Shown: positions 47,976-60,057 of the stretch, in pieces
Position numbering within the stretch: the first letter of the stretch is position 1
Layout: each line of letters begins with the position of its first letter
Assembly: GCA_951406725.2 (NCBI GenBank)
Contig: OX597815.1
Coordinates: forward strand, 100,502,001-100,566,000
Direction of reading: 5' to 3'
Source of the DNA: Octopus vulgaris
Lineage: Eukaryota
Length of the DNA stretch: 64,000 nt
Program-made: the position numbers and the translations under genes
The notes under the pieces: model-generated
Database searches by the model: none
Seen by the model: only the letters and a program-made list of their open reading frames with translations
What the model was told of the DNA's origin: nothing

Positions 47976-49008
47976 AATACTACATAGCATTTGGTGTTAT
48001 GTTCTACTAATACTACATTAAGTTTTATAACAATGCAGCAAGTTGCACAATTTGAGGGCAGGTACAGTTGATTAATCAACTCCTAGTACTTAATTCTTTT
48101 GACTTTGGAAGGATGACAATCAATGCTGATCCTGGTGAGTTTTGAATTTAGAACAAAGAAATATAACTAAATACCACAAAGCATTTTGTCTGACCTTTCT
48201 ATTTCTGTTATTGCACTTCATTAATATTTTATTGAATACAAATTTTATATCTAAGAAACTATAAATGAACAGCAAACACTTTCATGTAAATGAGACATAA
48301 TTAGTACCAACTGAAAACAAAAGAACAAAAAAATTAATTGTTGTGGGTCCACTACACATTTCAGAGTGCTTAGAATGGCTAATATCAAAAGAAACTACTT
48401 TTAATAAATAGGTAGATTTAAAAACAATCTCTACAATCATATAAAATCATTTACATAATTGAAACAAGAGAATGGTAAAAAATTAACATGTGGCATTTTA
48501 GGAAGAAAAAAATGTAATAATAATAATACATCTAGTGTAGGCTAGCAAAGTAGTTATAATAAAAGCACATGTCAACACAAGATTAACAAGAAATAAAAGA
48601 TGAGAGAAAACTGTTTAGTTTATACTTTTAATACCTTGAAATGTTTTAAGGTTTGGTCAGAGACAAAAAGGTAACAGCATTTACCTTTAATGCTGCACAA
48701 AAGAAGATATCTACTGTGTTAGATTAGTATTATTTCAGCTAAATTTTAATGGCATGTCTACAGATGGTATGTTGGCCTGTCAACCAAGTTACTAAGATGA
48801 GACCCATGGGAGGGTGAACCATGGACACTTCCAAAACTATGGTCAATTGATGGAATAGACATACAGTGATTGCTGATAACTTTAGGTCATTGGTAATGGC
48901 ATGGTATATGTGGTATGTCACCTTGCTCAACACAAGTGCAAGTTGTAGCTGACAGAAGATGAAAACAATAGAGATCAGACAATGGAGATGAAGGAAATGA
49001 TATCTTAC

Positions 49009-49081
49009 CATGATCATCCTGCCAAACCATGAGTTGATCCAGTCCAACAGATGCAAATGCTCGGAGACACTCTCCACCACT
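49009..49081 (-). CDS. IPO9: Importin-9 exon (8th in window)
   Basis: SGGECLRAFASVGLDQLMVWQDDH; cag|..|gtaaga. Confidence 0.93.
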
Positions 49082-50288
49082 CTGCAAATAAAATGAATTA
49101 TCTCTGAGGTAAAACTTTTGACTGACAACTGTCTTGTTTCAAGAAAAGCTACAAAAATAATCAAAGTGCTAATACTTGAGAGTCATCGTTACTTCATAAA
49201 GCAGTAAATATTTACGAATATTCATAAATATTCAAAACTTTGAAAAGACTACATATTTTACTTGATATAAAATCTGGAATTCCCACTAGCATCAGTCAGA
49301 TAAGCTTTCATCATCATCGTTTAATGGCCGTTCTCCATGCTAGCATGGGTTGGACGGTTCGACCGGGTGTCTGGGAAGCCATGAAGGCGTGCACCAGGCT
49401 CCGGTCTTATCTGGCAAAGTTTCTACAGCTGGATGCCCTTCCTAACGCCAACCACTCCGTGAGTTTAGTGGGTGCTTTTTACGTGCCACCTGCACTGGTG
49501 CCAGGCGAGGCTGGCATCGGCCACGGTCGGATTGGTGCATTTTATGGAAACCAGTCAAGGCGGCACTGGGTTCGGCTACGATTCGGATGGTGCTTTTTAC
49601 GTGCCACTGACACGGTTACGTGCCACAACTCATCTCATCACCTTAATGTACTTTTCATTATTTTGTATTATCTGTTTATTTGTCACACAAACATTTAAAC
49701 TCCTGGCACCGTAGCAGTGATACCCAATTCTCCATAATAATATTGAACAGTATTTGTTTCAGCAGGATCTTTTCAAATGTTTTTTAATATTCATTTATCT
49801 AATCGTTCCTGGTTATTTTTTGTGGCCAATGTTGGTTTGTACAAGCTAAAAAATGAAAATCAATCATAATCTCATCAGTTCCTTCAACTTCTGCATGTCC
49901 TCTCACACTGGTCAAATTGATACGCTTCATATTCTGTTCAAAACTAAACGTGAACTAAGAAAGAATTCCAGCTCAAGACAAGAAGGATTGAGTGGAGTAT
50001 TTAATCAGAGAAGTGATGAGAGAAGAAACTAATGTGCTGAGTGGACACAAAAAGTATGTAGCTACCTCATTCATAAGAGCAGAGACTATTGTAATACAAG
50101 AGATTTTTTTCAATATATCACCATCTTGTGTTCCATCAAATAGGGCAACTTTCTAAAAGACTAAACTACATTACCTCATAAGGAAATTTAGACATTAGGA
50201 TAAAAATGATGGGCATAAAAATGATGGCGATCATATCAAGATTAATAATTTAAAAAATGTGAATAATATGGAACTATTATTTCCTTAC

Positions 50289-50417
50289 CTGCATAGTGGA
50301 ATTATCCTCCGTTTGTAAAATACATTGTACCGAAGCTGGGAAACAATCTTGGACTAGAGCATCACTCAACGGTGCCTTACTTCCTCGTACTACCATTTGC
50401 AGGACATCTAATGCTGC
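50289..50417 (-). CDS. IPO9: Importin-9 exon (7th in window)
   Basis: AALDVLQMVVRGSKAPLSDALVQDCFPASVQCILQTEDNSTMQ; cag|..|gtaagg. Confidence 0.93.
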
Positions 50418-50544
50418 CTGGAGAAAACATAATTAAGATATGCCACCATAAAACGGAAAACAAGAGGTGGAAAACCTGGCTAAAAAAACATTGATCATCT
50501 CATAAGTAATACTGAGTTGTATTAATGTTTTCTGTCATACAACA

Positions 50545-50761
50545 TTCTTTTCTACACTAGGCACAAGGCCTGAAATTTTAGGGGAGGGAGCCAGTCAATT
50601 AGATCAACCCCCCCAGTACACAACTGGTACTTAATTTATCGACCCTGAAAGGATGAAAGGCAAAGTCGACCTTGGTGGAATTTGAACTCAGAATGTAAAG
50701 TCAGGCGAAATACCGCTAAGCATTTCGCCCGGCAGCTAACGTTTCTGCCAGCCCACTGCCT
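50545..50761 (-). mobile_element. SINE family C copy
   Basis: Reverse-complement similarity to the head and body of 54493-54730; another copy lies at ~57165-57375. Confidence 0.75.
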
Positions 50762-52189
50762 TCTGACATACAACCTTGAGACAAACTGGACAGGTACAGA
50801 TAACAATCTGGATATTTAATAACATGTCAACCTTTTTTGACAGGTGTTTATTTCTTTACCTAAACTTTCAGCAGAACATTATCGCTTATTTAGTTTTATC
50901 ATTTGTATCATGTACATTTAATTTAGCTTATTTGTGCAACCTTCAAATAGAAAAAAAAACAGTGCAATAATAAGCAAGTTGTAAGACTACAATCTATTTT
51001 TAAATCCAATTCCATACAATTAGTACAAATCTAAGCTGTTAATGCCATGGGGTAATCCTCAGCCAACTCCCCACCCTGGAGTAGGGGATAAGCTAAGAAT
51101 TGAAATGAGGGCAAACAAATTGCCATGCCTAATAAAATTAAGATGTTTTTGAACTTTCATATGTTGTCCAACACCATGGCAAAGAAAGAATGAATGCAAA
51201 CTAACTTCTCTTTAAAAATAAATTGGGGAAATTTTTTGCTATAACCATGTGGAAACAGCTTGGTATTTTTCAGTTTGAGAACCAGCCTTAAGTTCAAGTG
51301 TAGTGTGAAAAGAAAAGCTTTAGTCATAAAAATGTTCATTTTCATAAATATTTCCTGGTATCTTAATAAATAATTACACTGTTTGTAGTAGCAGTATCAA
51401 ATGATCAAATACTTTAGACAAAAAATTATTTAGCTAATTAACAGTCTGAAATTCTTCTATCTAACTTAATATGGATGTTTCATTGGAACACAAAATACTG
51501 CTATGGATGCCAGATCACTTGATTTCAACATACTGCATATCTTCAGTGACAGGTGGCCCTGTCACCACATACCAACCAAATCTCATTGCTGGCTTTCAGG
51601 CACTATGCATTAATGAGAACTTCTCAAGGCAAATACAGCAGCATTCAGTATTCTAATAAAACAACCATATTCAGTTGGATATAAAGATTACCTTTTCGTA
51701 TAAATACTGACAATTTGAAATTCGATTTCTGATTAATACTTTATATACAAGCACTGATCAACAAACAGCTAGCTGAAAGTATAAACAAAGCCAGTGGCTT
51801 GTTTAGGCTCAAAAGGTCCAGGTACTTCTGGCTGACAAGACATGTTGAAACCATAATGTCTAAGAATGCTATGTGCCAATAAGTCAAGTGCTACGAACAA
51901 ACATTGTAAGAGGAAGAAGTTGTTTTCTTGTGACTTTCAAAACAGAAACTAGCATATTTTGCATTTGAATCTGCTGGAACATAATATGCAAATTATCTAT
52001 TAATCCAAAAACACAGCCCAATGCTTAGATCATATGAACTTTCCACAGCCCTTCCATTTCGCAAATATTTTAATTGACAACTCAAATAAAAAAAGATTAC
52101 TGGGTTTATATTTATATATATAAATGTGTGTGTGTGTGTGTGTATAATAAAAAAATATATGAACCATTATGAATAGTAAGAGTACTTAC

Positions 52190-52338
52190 TGCAGGTAAAC
52201 CAGGAGGAACTTTGTCAGGTGAAGCCTGAAATATACTTATCAAGGTTGGTAAGAGACGCTGCTGTAAAGGGGCAGTACAGTGGGCATTTTCAGCCAAAAC
52301 TTTTACCATATCCTCCACCAAACTGACAATTAATGGAT
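52190..52338 (-). CDS. IPO9: Importin-9 exon (6th in window)
   Basis: PLIVSLVEDMVKVLAENAHCTAPLQQRLLPTLISIFQASPDKVPPGLPA; cag|..|gtaagt. Confidence 0.93.
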
Positions 52339-52639
52339 CTGAATGAAGAAAAAAAAAATACAAAAAAACCCAAATTTAGCAGATACAAAGAGGAGAGAAA
52401 GCAACAGACAAGCATAAAAAATGCATACAAATGCAGCAAAAAAAAAAAAAAAAAAAATTAAGGTTATTAGTCTCAGGTATGGCTGTGTAATAAGTTTGCC
52501 CCTCAACCAAATGGTTCCAGGTTAAGTCCCACTGCATGGAATCTTGAGAGTCATCCACTATAGCCTTATGAGAGGATTTGGTAGATGGAAGCTGAAAGAA
52601 GCCCATCAAATTTATAATATATATATATAAAATGAAGCC

Positions 52640-53550
52640 AGCATGCTTTGCTGGATGGACAATGCCAGTGTGCATGTTCAACAGAGTGTAAGCATCTTGA
52701 AAGTAAAGTTAGGCATAAGAGGCATCAGATGTAGTGTGCAAGAGAGACAAATGCACTGGTATGGTCATATGATGTGTATGGATGAGGACAGCTGTGTAAA
52801 GAAGTGCTGATCCCTAAGTGTTGAGGGAGCCTTTGGTAGAGCTAGACCCAGTAAGATATGGGATGATTTTGTGAAGCATGATCTCCGAACTTTAGGTCTC
52901 AGAAAGGCAAAGACTAATGACAGAGACTTTTGGTGATATGCTGTGCACGAGAAGACCAGTCTAGCCAAGTGAAATCACAGTTGTAGCTGATGCTAGTGTC
53001 ATGTAACCAGCACCCATGCAGGTGACATACAAAAAGCACCTTTCGAGTGTTGAGCCTCATGGAGGTAAATTGAATATTAGGTCTCACAGAGGCAATGACC
53101 AAGACCTTTGGCATTATGATGTGCTTGAGAAGACCCATCAAGCCAAATAAAATAGTTTTGGCAGATACCGGTGTTGCACAAATGGCACCTGTGCCAGTGG
53201 CACATAAAAGCACCTTTCAAGCATTGGGCCCCATAGAGGCAAGGAACAAAAACCATTTGGCATTATGCTGGGCTTCAAGTGTTGAGCCTCACGAAGGCAA
53301 TGAGTCTATTTGGTATTATGCCGTGCATAAGAAAACCCGTCAAGCCAAGTAAAACTGCAGTCATGACAGATACCAGTGTCATGCAAATGGCACTTAAAAG
53401 CACCCATTACACTCTAGGAGTGGTTGGCACTAGGAAGGGCATCCAGCTGTAGAAACCACGCCAAAACAGACTGGAGTCTGGTGCAGCCTTCCAGCTTGCC
53501 AGCCCTGGTCAAACCATCCAACCCATGCCAGCATGGACAACAGATGTTAA
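52640..53550 (+). mobile_element. RTE LINE 3' end contiguous with family B internal repeats and tail
   Basis: KLGIRGIRCSVQERQMHWYGHMMCMDEDSCVKKC..GRARPSKIWDD..DRDFW, then duplicated units and CCCATGCCAGCATGGACAACAGATGTTAA. Confidence 0.8.
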
Positions 53551-53770
53551 CATGCATGTGTCTTACCACTACTTGACAGGAGGTGCTGGTGTGTTTACAC
53601 CCGCATAACTTAGCAGTTCCTTCATCAGAACCAATAGAATAAGCACCAGGCTTGAAAAAAGTACTGAGGTTGAATTGTCTAACTAATATTCTTCAAAGTT
53701 GTGTCCCAGAATGACCACAGACAAACAAGATTTTCAACTAAGGCACTTCCATTGTTTAAGAATATCTGTA

Positions 53771-53802
<32 letters not shown>

Positions 53803-54492
53803 CCCATCATTGTCACCATTTAATGTTTGCTTTTCCATAATTGCAAAGGTCAGATGGAATTTGTCAAGGTAGATTTTCTATGGATGGATGCCCTGCCTGT
53901 CACACCCCACCCTCAAAATATCAGAGTGTGTCTAGCTCAGAAATCTTATTTCATATACAAAATGGTTTGTTGGAGTTGTTATTTTCTACAGCTGTATGTC
54001 TTTCCTCCTACTACCACTACTCACCTGAGACGCAACAAGTGATATAGTTTTTATTTTTAATTGTAACAACCCAAACATAGTAGTAAACTGAATTTAAAAC
54101 AGTGTGGTCTGTAGTCCAGCACCCTGACTTCTTGACCATTGTATTTCAAATTAATGTTACATAACTATAGTGTAATTAATTAGTCACCAAGTTTTGTTAA
54201 TATATTCTTGATATTAAAGAAATATCTGCTGTTTATCTTTAAGTCAGTCCTCGAACCTATGATCAAAGGTGTTCCAGTTATATTTATCACAACTTTTTCC
54301 AAAGATAGGGCACCTAAAAATCCTATCGAATGTATTACTTTTTTTTAGCAATATTGGCAATACATAGCAAGATGTGACTTGTGAGTAATTTAACTGCTAT
54401 TTCTAGAATAGTCAAGCACTGGGTATTATATAATGATGGCAAACTTTCAACAAACCATGTTTGCAGGTATGGCTGGGTAGATAAGAAACAAA

Positions 54493-54730
54493 AGGCGGCG
54501 AGCTGGCAGAAACGTTAGCACACTGGGCGAAATGCGTAGCCGTATTTTGTCTGCCGTTACGTTCTGAGTTCAAATTCCACCGAGGTCGACTTTGCCTTTC
54601 ATCCTTTCGGGGTCGATAAATAAAGTACCAGTTACACACTGGGGTCGATGTAATCGACTTAATCCGTTTGTCTGTCCTTGTTTGTCCCCTATGTGTTTAG
54701 CCCCTTGTGGGTAGTAAAGAAATAGATAAG
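54493..54730 (+). mobile_element. tRNA-derived SINE family C, young full-length copy
   Basis: GGCGGCGAGCTGGCAGAAACGTTAGC (A-box-like) ... GAGTTCAAATTCC (B-box-like); CpGs retained. Confidence 0.85.
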
Positions 54731-55455
54731 AGACTCACTTTGCAACCATGTGGGTGAGTTGGATTCCTTTCCTTGAGTGTTTACAATTATAGCCTTGGGT
54801 TGATCAATACATTTCGAGTGGAATTTGGTAGGCAAAACTAAAAAAGCCCTATGTATATTGTACACATGCACAAGAGTCAAAGGAGGCAATTGAAAGTGTT
54901 AGTGTTGAGAGGGACACTTCCAAAAATCCCCTCCAACTCAAATCAGCAGGGGAAAGGGAACATATGAAAGACATGCACGCAAACATCTTGGAATATATTG
55001 GTGAGAAAAGTGGAAAACTGAGGCTTTTCAAAATTTCTTGCATAAAGTTACAAACACTCCCTTGTCACTATTGTCAGAAATTCAGTGAACAATAATTAGC
55101 CCATTGGGACCCTGTAAAAATTGCACTATTAAATAGAAAAGTACAAAATACAAATTCACTTCCAAATTTTCCCACAGATAAGTTTCTCATGTAAGACTAG
55201 AAACAAACAGCCTCACTAAGCAAGGGTACAAGTACACACAGACAACAAAATTCAGTTTTTGTCTATCAAATCCATTAAGATTTGGGTTGGCCTGGGGATA
55301 TAGTAGCAAACAGTTGCCCAAGGTGCCATGCAGTGGGACTGAACTCCGGGTTTGTGCATAAGTATAATATACAACCAAGCAAGTTTCTTAACCATGATGA
55401 CAATGACTAGAAAGTATTAAAAAGAAACAGCTAAGAAAAAAGAATGAATACGTAC

Positions 55456-55534
55456 CACTACTATATTTGAGGAAAACTGCAATGGTTAATGGAGTGACTT
55501 TACACTCTACACTAGCTGTAAAATTATCATCAAT
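55456..55534 (-). CDS. IPO9: Importin-9 exon (5th in window)
   Basis: IDDNFTASVECKVTPLTIAVFLKYSS; cag|..|gtacgt. Confidence 0.92.
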
Positions 55535-56877
55535 CTGAAATAGAGAAGCAAAGCTGAGTATAACAGAAAACACAAGAGAATATGGGTTTTCTGTGAAAAA
55601 CTAAGTGTTTGCCAGGTAAAATTTGGAATGATCAAAATTAAATCAATGATTTTTTTTCAGAATTGTATTTGCTTGGTAACTTTTTAAATTCAAATAAATT
55701 TATCTCTTTCACATGTTGCTTTTCTGAATTTGTTCATTTGATGCTGTTATTCCATGCTAGCTTGTGCCAGACATAATCAAGGCATGATTTTTACAGCTGG
55801 ATGCTCTTCCTGTCACCAACATTTTTCAAGTAAGGAGTTTCATATTTTATTCTAAAGTATCCAAAAACAGTGGGCAAGCAGTTAATATGTAGACAGGAAA
55901 TGTCATTAAACACAACAGTTCAGTGTTTGTTGTAAGCATTCACACAGAATTATACATGCACACACACAATGAGTTTCATTCAGGTTCTATCTACCAAACT
56001 CAAGTCATTGGTCAACCCAGCGCTATAGTAGAAGACATGTCCAAGTTGCCAGACAGTGGGACTGAAACCAAAACCATAAGGTTAAGTAAACTGCTTAACC
56101 ACATACAAGTGTTAATGTGGTTGATGTTCATCTCAAACAAATGATGAGAGGTTCTTGGTCACTGTATGGCAGATAAACTCACCAAATCACAGCAAAGAGA
56201 CAATGTGTTAACAGACATTGATGCAGAAAGTTTGCAGCAATATTATAGTAGAAACTGGATACAGCCTGTTTCAATGTCAAGCACTAAGAACTTTACCAGT
56301 CTTAAAAAATATATATTCCTATTTTTGTAGGTGTCAAATTTTCAAAGGAATCAAAATATAAGAGTAAACTTTTCACTGAATGCAAAATATCTTAAAAATA
56401 ACCTTTTTAAAAATATTTTAAATTGATTGTTATATCTCCAAGATCAAACTTTATTCTATAGGGTTGAACAAGCAAATTAAATAGATTAAAACTGTATTTT
56501 TTTTTTTGAAATTGGGCACAAACAAGAATGTGTAGTTAAGAAGTTCACTTTGCAACTATGTGATTTTGGGTTCAATGTCATTGCAGAGCACCATGACCAA
56601 ATTTTTACAATAGTTTCAAAATTAGCAAAGCCTTGATTGAAATTTGGTAGACAGAGACTGTGGAAGCCTGTTAGGAGGACTGTTCATATTTTGGGGTGGT
56701 AGATATATTCAAACTATTGCAAGCATTTGAGCCAAGTCTCCAGTTTGAAGAAATTCCTTCTTTGCAGTCAGTTAGAGACCTTGAAAAAAGGCCACAAGTC
56801 ATATATAAAAAAAAGCAAGCCTAAATTCTACTTAAAATCCAATTCAAGCAACACAGACTAAATAATAAAGTACTCAC

Positions 56878-57106
56878 TGCCAACACAAGTATAAGAGTTT
56901 CCAACGTAAGTGCTAAAACATTCGACGAAAACTGTGTTGTAATTGTGAGAAGACCTTCCATGATGTTTGGGAGGAAGTTGAACAAAAGCTGTGTGGTGCC
57001 AGTGTTCTTTAGATGTTCACAAAATCCAAAGACTGCTCTAACAGCAGAAATTCTAACACTAGCTGGTTGATTGGGATGTAAACCAGTCATGGTAGCCTGC
57101 AGAAAT
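56878..57106 (-). CDS. IPO9: Importin-9 exon (4th in window)
   Basis: FLQATMTGLHPNQPASVRISAVRAVFGFCEHLK..LTLETLILVLA; tag|..|gtgagt. Confidence 0.94.
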
Positions 57107-58472
57107 CTAACAAAATTAAAAAAAAATTACTTTAAATTGACATAATAAAAACAAACAAAAAATATTGGTTTCAAATTTTGACACATCAGCAAGGTTAGGA
57201 GAGGGAGTAAGTTGATTACATCAACCCCAGGGCTCAACTGGTACTTATTTCATCGAGTGAAAGGATGAAAGGCAAAGTGGATCTTGGCGGAATTTGAACT
57301 CAGAATGTACAGATGGACAAAATACTGTTAAGCATTTTGCCCAGCATGCTAATGATTCTGCCAGTTCACCACCTTAAAAAACCAACAAATAAATATTAAC
57401 AGTGTACAAATACATATACCTTCATTTTGAAAAATAAAGCATTTTATTGGAATATTCCCAAAGCTTTCTCATTACTTGCTGGATGTAACAAACAAGATGT
57501 CTACAGGACAGGATCTTTCCTGCAGTTGCTAACAAGGAAATTCCCCAATAGTTTCCATAGTCTGAATGGATGCCCTGATAAATACATTCGGATCCTTCAG
57601 CATCTCCATGACATGTGAGGGTTCTAATCAAAAACAGTGACTGAACCATTTCAAGTAAAGTCAAGAGTAAAACAAGGATCATCATAGTGCAAATGTTTTT
57701 CAATCTTTATTGCCACCATCTTTGAAATCATCAAGGATGATCGTCTATCAGGAATTGAAATTATCGAACCAATGGCAAGCTTTTCAATCTTGCCCAATTG
57801 AGGTCCGAAAACAAAATGTCTCCCAACTAAAACAAAAACGAAGAGGTGGGCCAAAGAAAAGAGTCAAAGATGACCTGAAATATATAATATTGATAATGAG
57901 AACAAAGAGAAATGCTGGAGATTCATCATCAAAGAGGGACTAATTACTTTTGAAAGTAAGGAGTGTTGAATAAGAAAAAAAAGAAGCTGAGAAAAATTAG
58001 ACCAAAACAATTCCCTTATGGCCTACTTGGGAGGTTTGTTTAATCCATCAGGTGGCACCTTTAATGGATTCCACCCTGTAGAGAGCATTCAGGTCAGGAC
58101 TGATTTGAAGAAACCTATTTCTTGTATAAGGCAACCAAATAACCTCAAATCAAACCACAGTCTTACAGGCATACTGAGTAAAGTAATTCTAAATATGCTA
58201 AATAAAAACTGCCATAGCTGGAAAGCTTCATAATTCCTTCCTAAAAACAAAACTTTCAGATTTATATATGAAATGTACATACTTTAGAAAACATTAAAAT
58301 TTGATTTTTACACAAAGATTAAAAGAAAGTTAAAAAAAAAAAAAAATTAGCATTTCCTTAGAATATCATGCTTAGAAACAGGTTTCTGTTTCAAATCTGT
58401 TACAAAGTATACATCCAAGCTTAAATCTAATGGCAATCTGAGATCAAACCAATAGAAACAGTAAAATTGTAA

Positions 58473-58563
58473 ATATTTATTGAATGCTACAGTTATAGAG
58501 ACTCACACACAGGACTTCAAGTTTTGTATGTGGGTCTCCATAACTGTATCATTCAATAAATAT
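58473..58563. repeat. 91-nt near-perfect hairpin in an IPO9 intron
   Basis: 35-bp arms 58473-58507 and 58529-58563 with 3 differences; the inner segment also partly pairs, leaving a ~5-nt loop. Confidence 0.88.
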
Positions 58564-59978
58564 AGCCCTCTATTTCCAGTGATATTGTAGTCTACTTCTT
58601 TGAACAGAAAATCGGAGTCTGGACAGCTTTGCTAGCCAACTCCATATCAAACGGTCCAGCATGGAAAGTAGACATTAAACGATGATATAATATCTAAATC
58701 AGGAATATTGATTAATTTAGACAAATGAGTTTAAAATTAGGGCATGGATTGGGGGGAAAGGGCATTGTCATATTAAGTTTAGTACTTCACTGGTACTTTA
58801 GTCTATTGACCCTGGAAGGACAAGCAAAGCTGATCTCAGCCAAACAATACAGTTCCTGGTTATAACCTTTTACATTCTGAGCTCAAATCTCTTTATAGTG
58901 TTATTCCTAAGGAAATGTATTTTTTTTCTCAACATGCCAACATGGAAGATGGAGATCAAATGATGATTCTTTAAATATTAATCCAACCATTGTAAGTAAA
59001 ATAAAAAAATGAATTTCGTTTTAATGTCTTCTCAAATATGTACACATTATGCTGTAAATATGAAAGATTTTGTTTATTATTTAGGAGGGAAATTTTAAGT
59101 ACTATATTGAATATATCAGTAAACTGTTTAACCTTAAGCCAACCACCATGAACCTATTGATCAAAAGCATTCCAACCACAGCCATCTCTTATAGCTTATC
59201 GAGAAGTAAGATTACCTAATGTGTTATTGTTTAAGACAGTGCTTAATGCATTGTGTCTAATGAATTAGCAGTTCTGCTAATACATAAGCCTTGTATTGAT
59301 AAAATGTTTCATATTTAATATTCCTATGACAATCCTTATAACAACTATTGGACATTTTGTCACTGAAACAAAAATCCATCTAGATTACAAGATTGTTTCA
59401 GTTGACAAAGCAGTTAAAGTGGTTCTCCAACTTCACATAACAAAATCAAGATAGAAATTTGCAAGAACTTCTCCTTACTCAACTAGTGAGTTTACAAAAC
59501 TAATCATTAATCTTTGTTGCTATTTACAATCAGGTATACAGAAATCATTATCATCATCGTTTAATGTCCGTTTTCCATGCTAGCATGGGTTGAACGGTTC
59601 AACTGGGGTCTGGAAGCCAGGAAGCTGCACCAGGCTCCAGTCTGATCTGGCAGTGTTTCTACAGCTGGATGCCCTTCCTAACACCAACCACTACATGAGT
59701 GTAGTGGGTGCTTTTTACATGCCACCAGCACGGAAGCCAGTCAAGGCAGCGCTGGCATCGGCCACATTCAGATGGTGCTTTCTACAGCACGGGTATCACA
59801 ACTACAATTTCCATTTGATTTTTATGGGATGAAAACTAAGAATCTTTAGATGAAAGACGTTTTTGAAAAGCTTTTGATGTATTTACAAAATTTTATCATT
59901 TTAAAAAATAAAGCAGCAAGATGGATTCTTCCAGAACTGTCGTTCTTACATTCATACAAAACATTAAAGAATACTCAC

Positions 59979-60057
59979 TTGTCCATGGTTTCATTATCCA
60001 TGACTGCAGCAAACCTACTGCCAGTCCAAAGACAACGACCAATCAAGAACGGTGACA
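59979..60057 (-). CDS. IPO9: Importin-9 exon (3rd in window)
   Basis: SPFLIGRCLWTGSRFAAVMDNETMD; tag|..|gtgagt. Confidence 0.93.
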
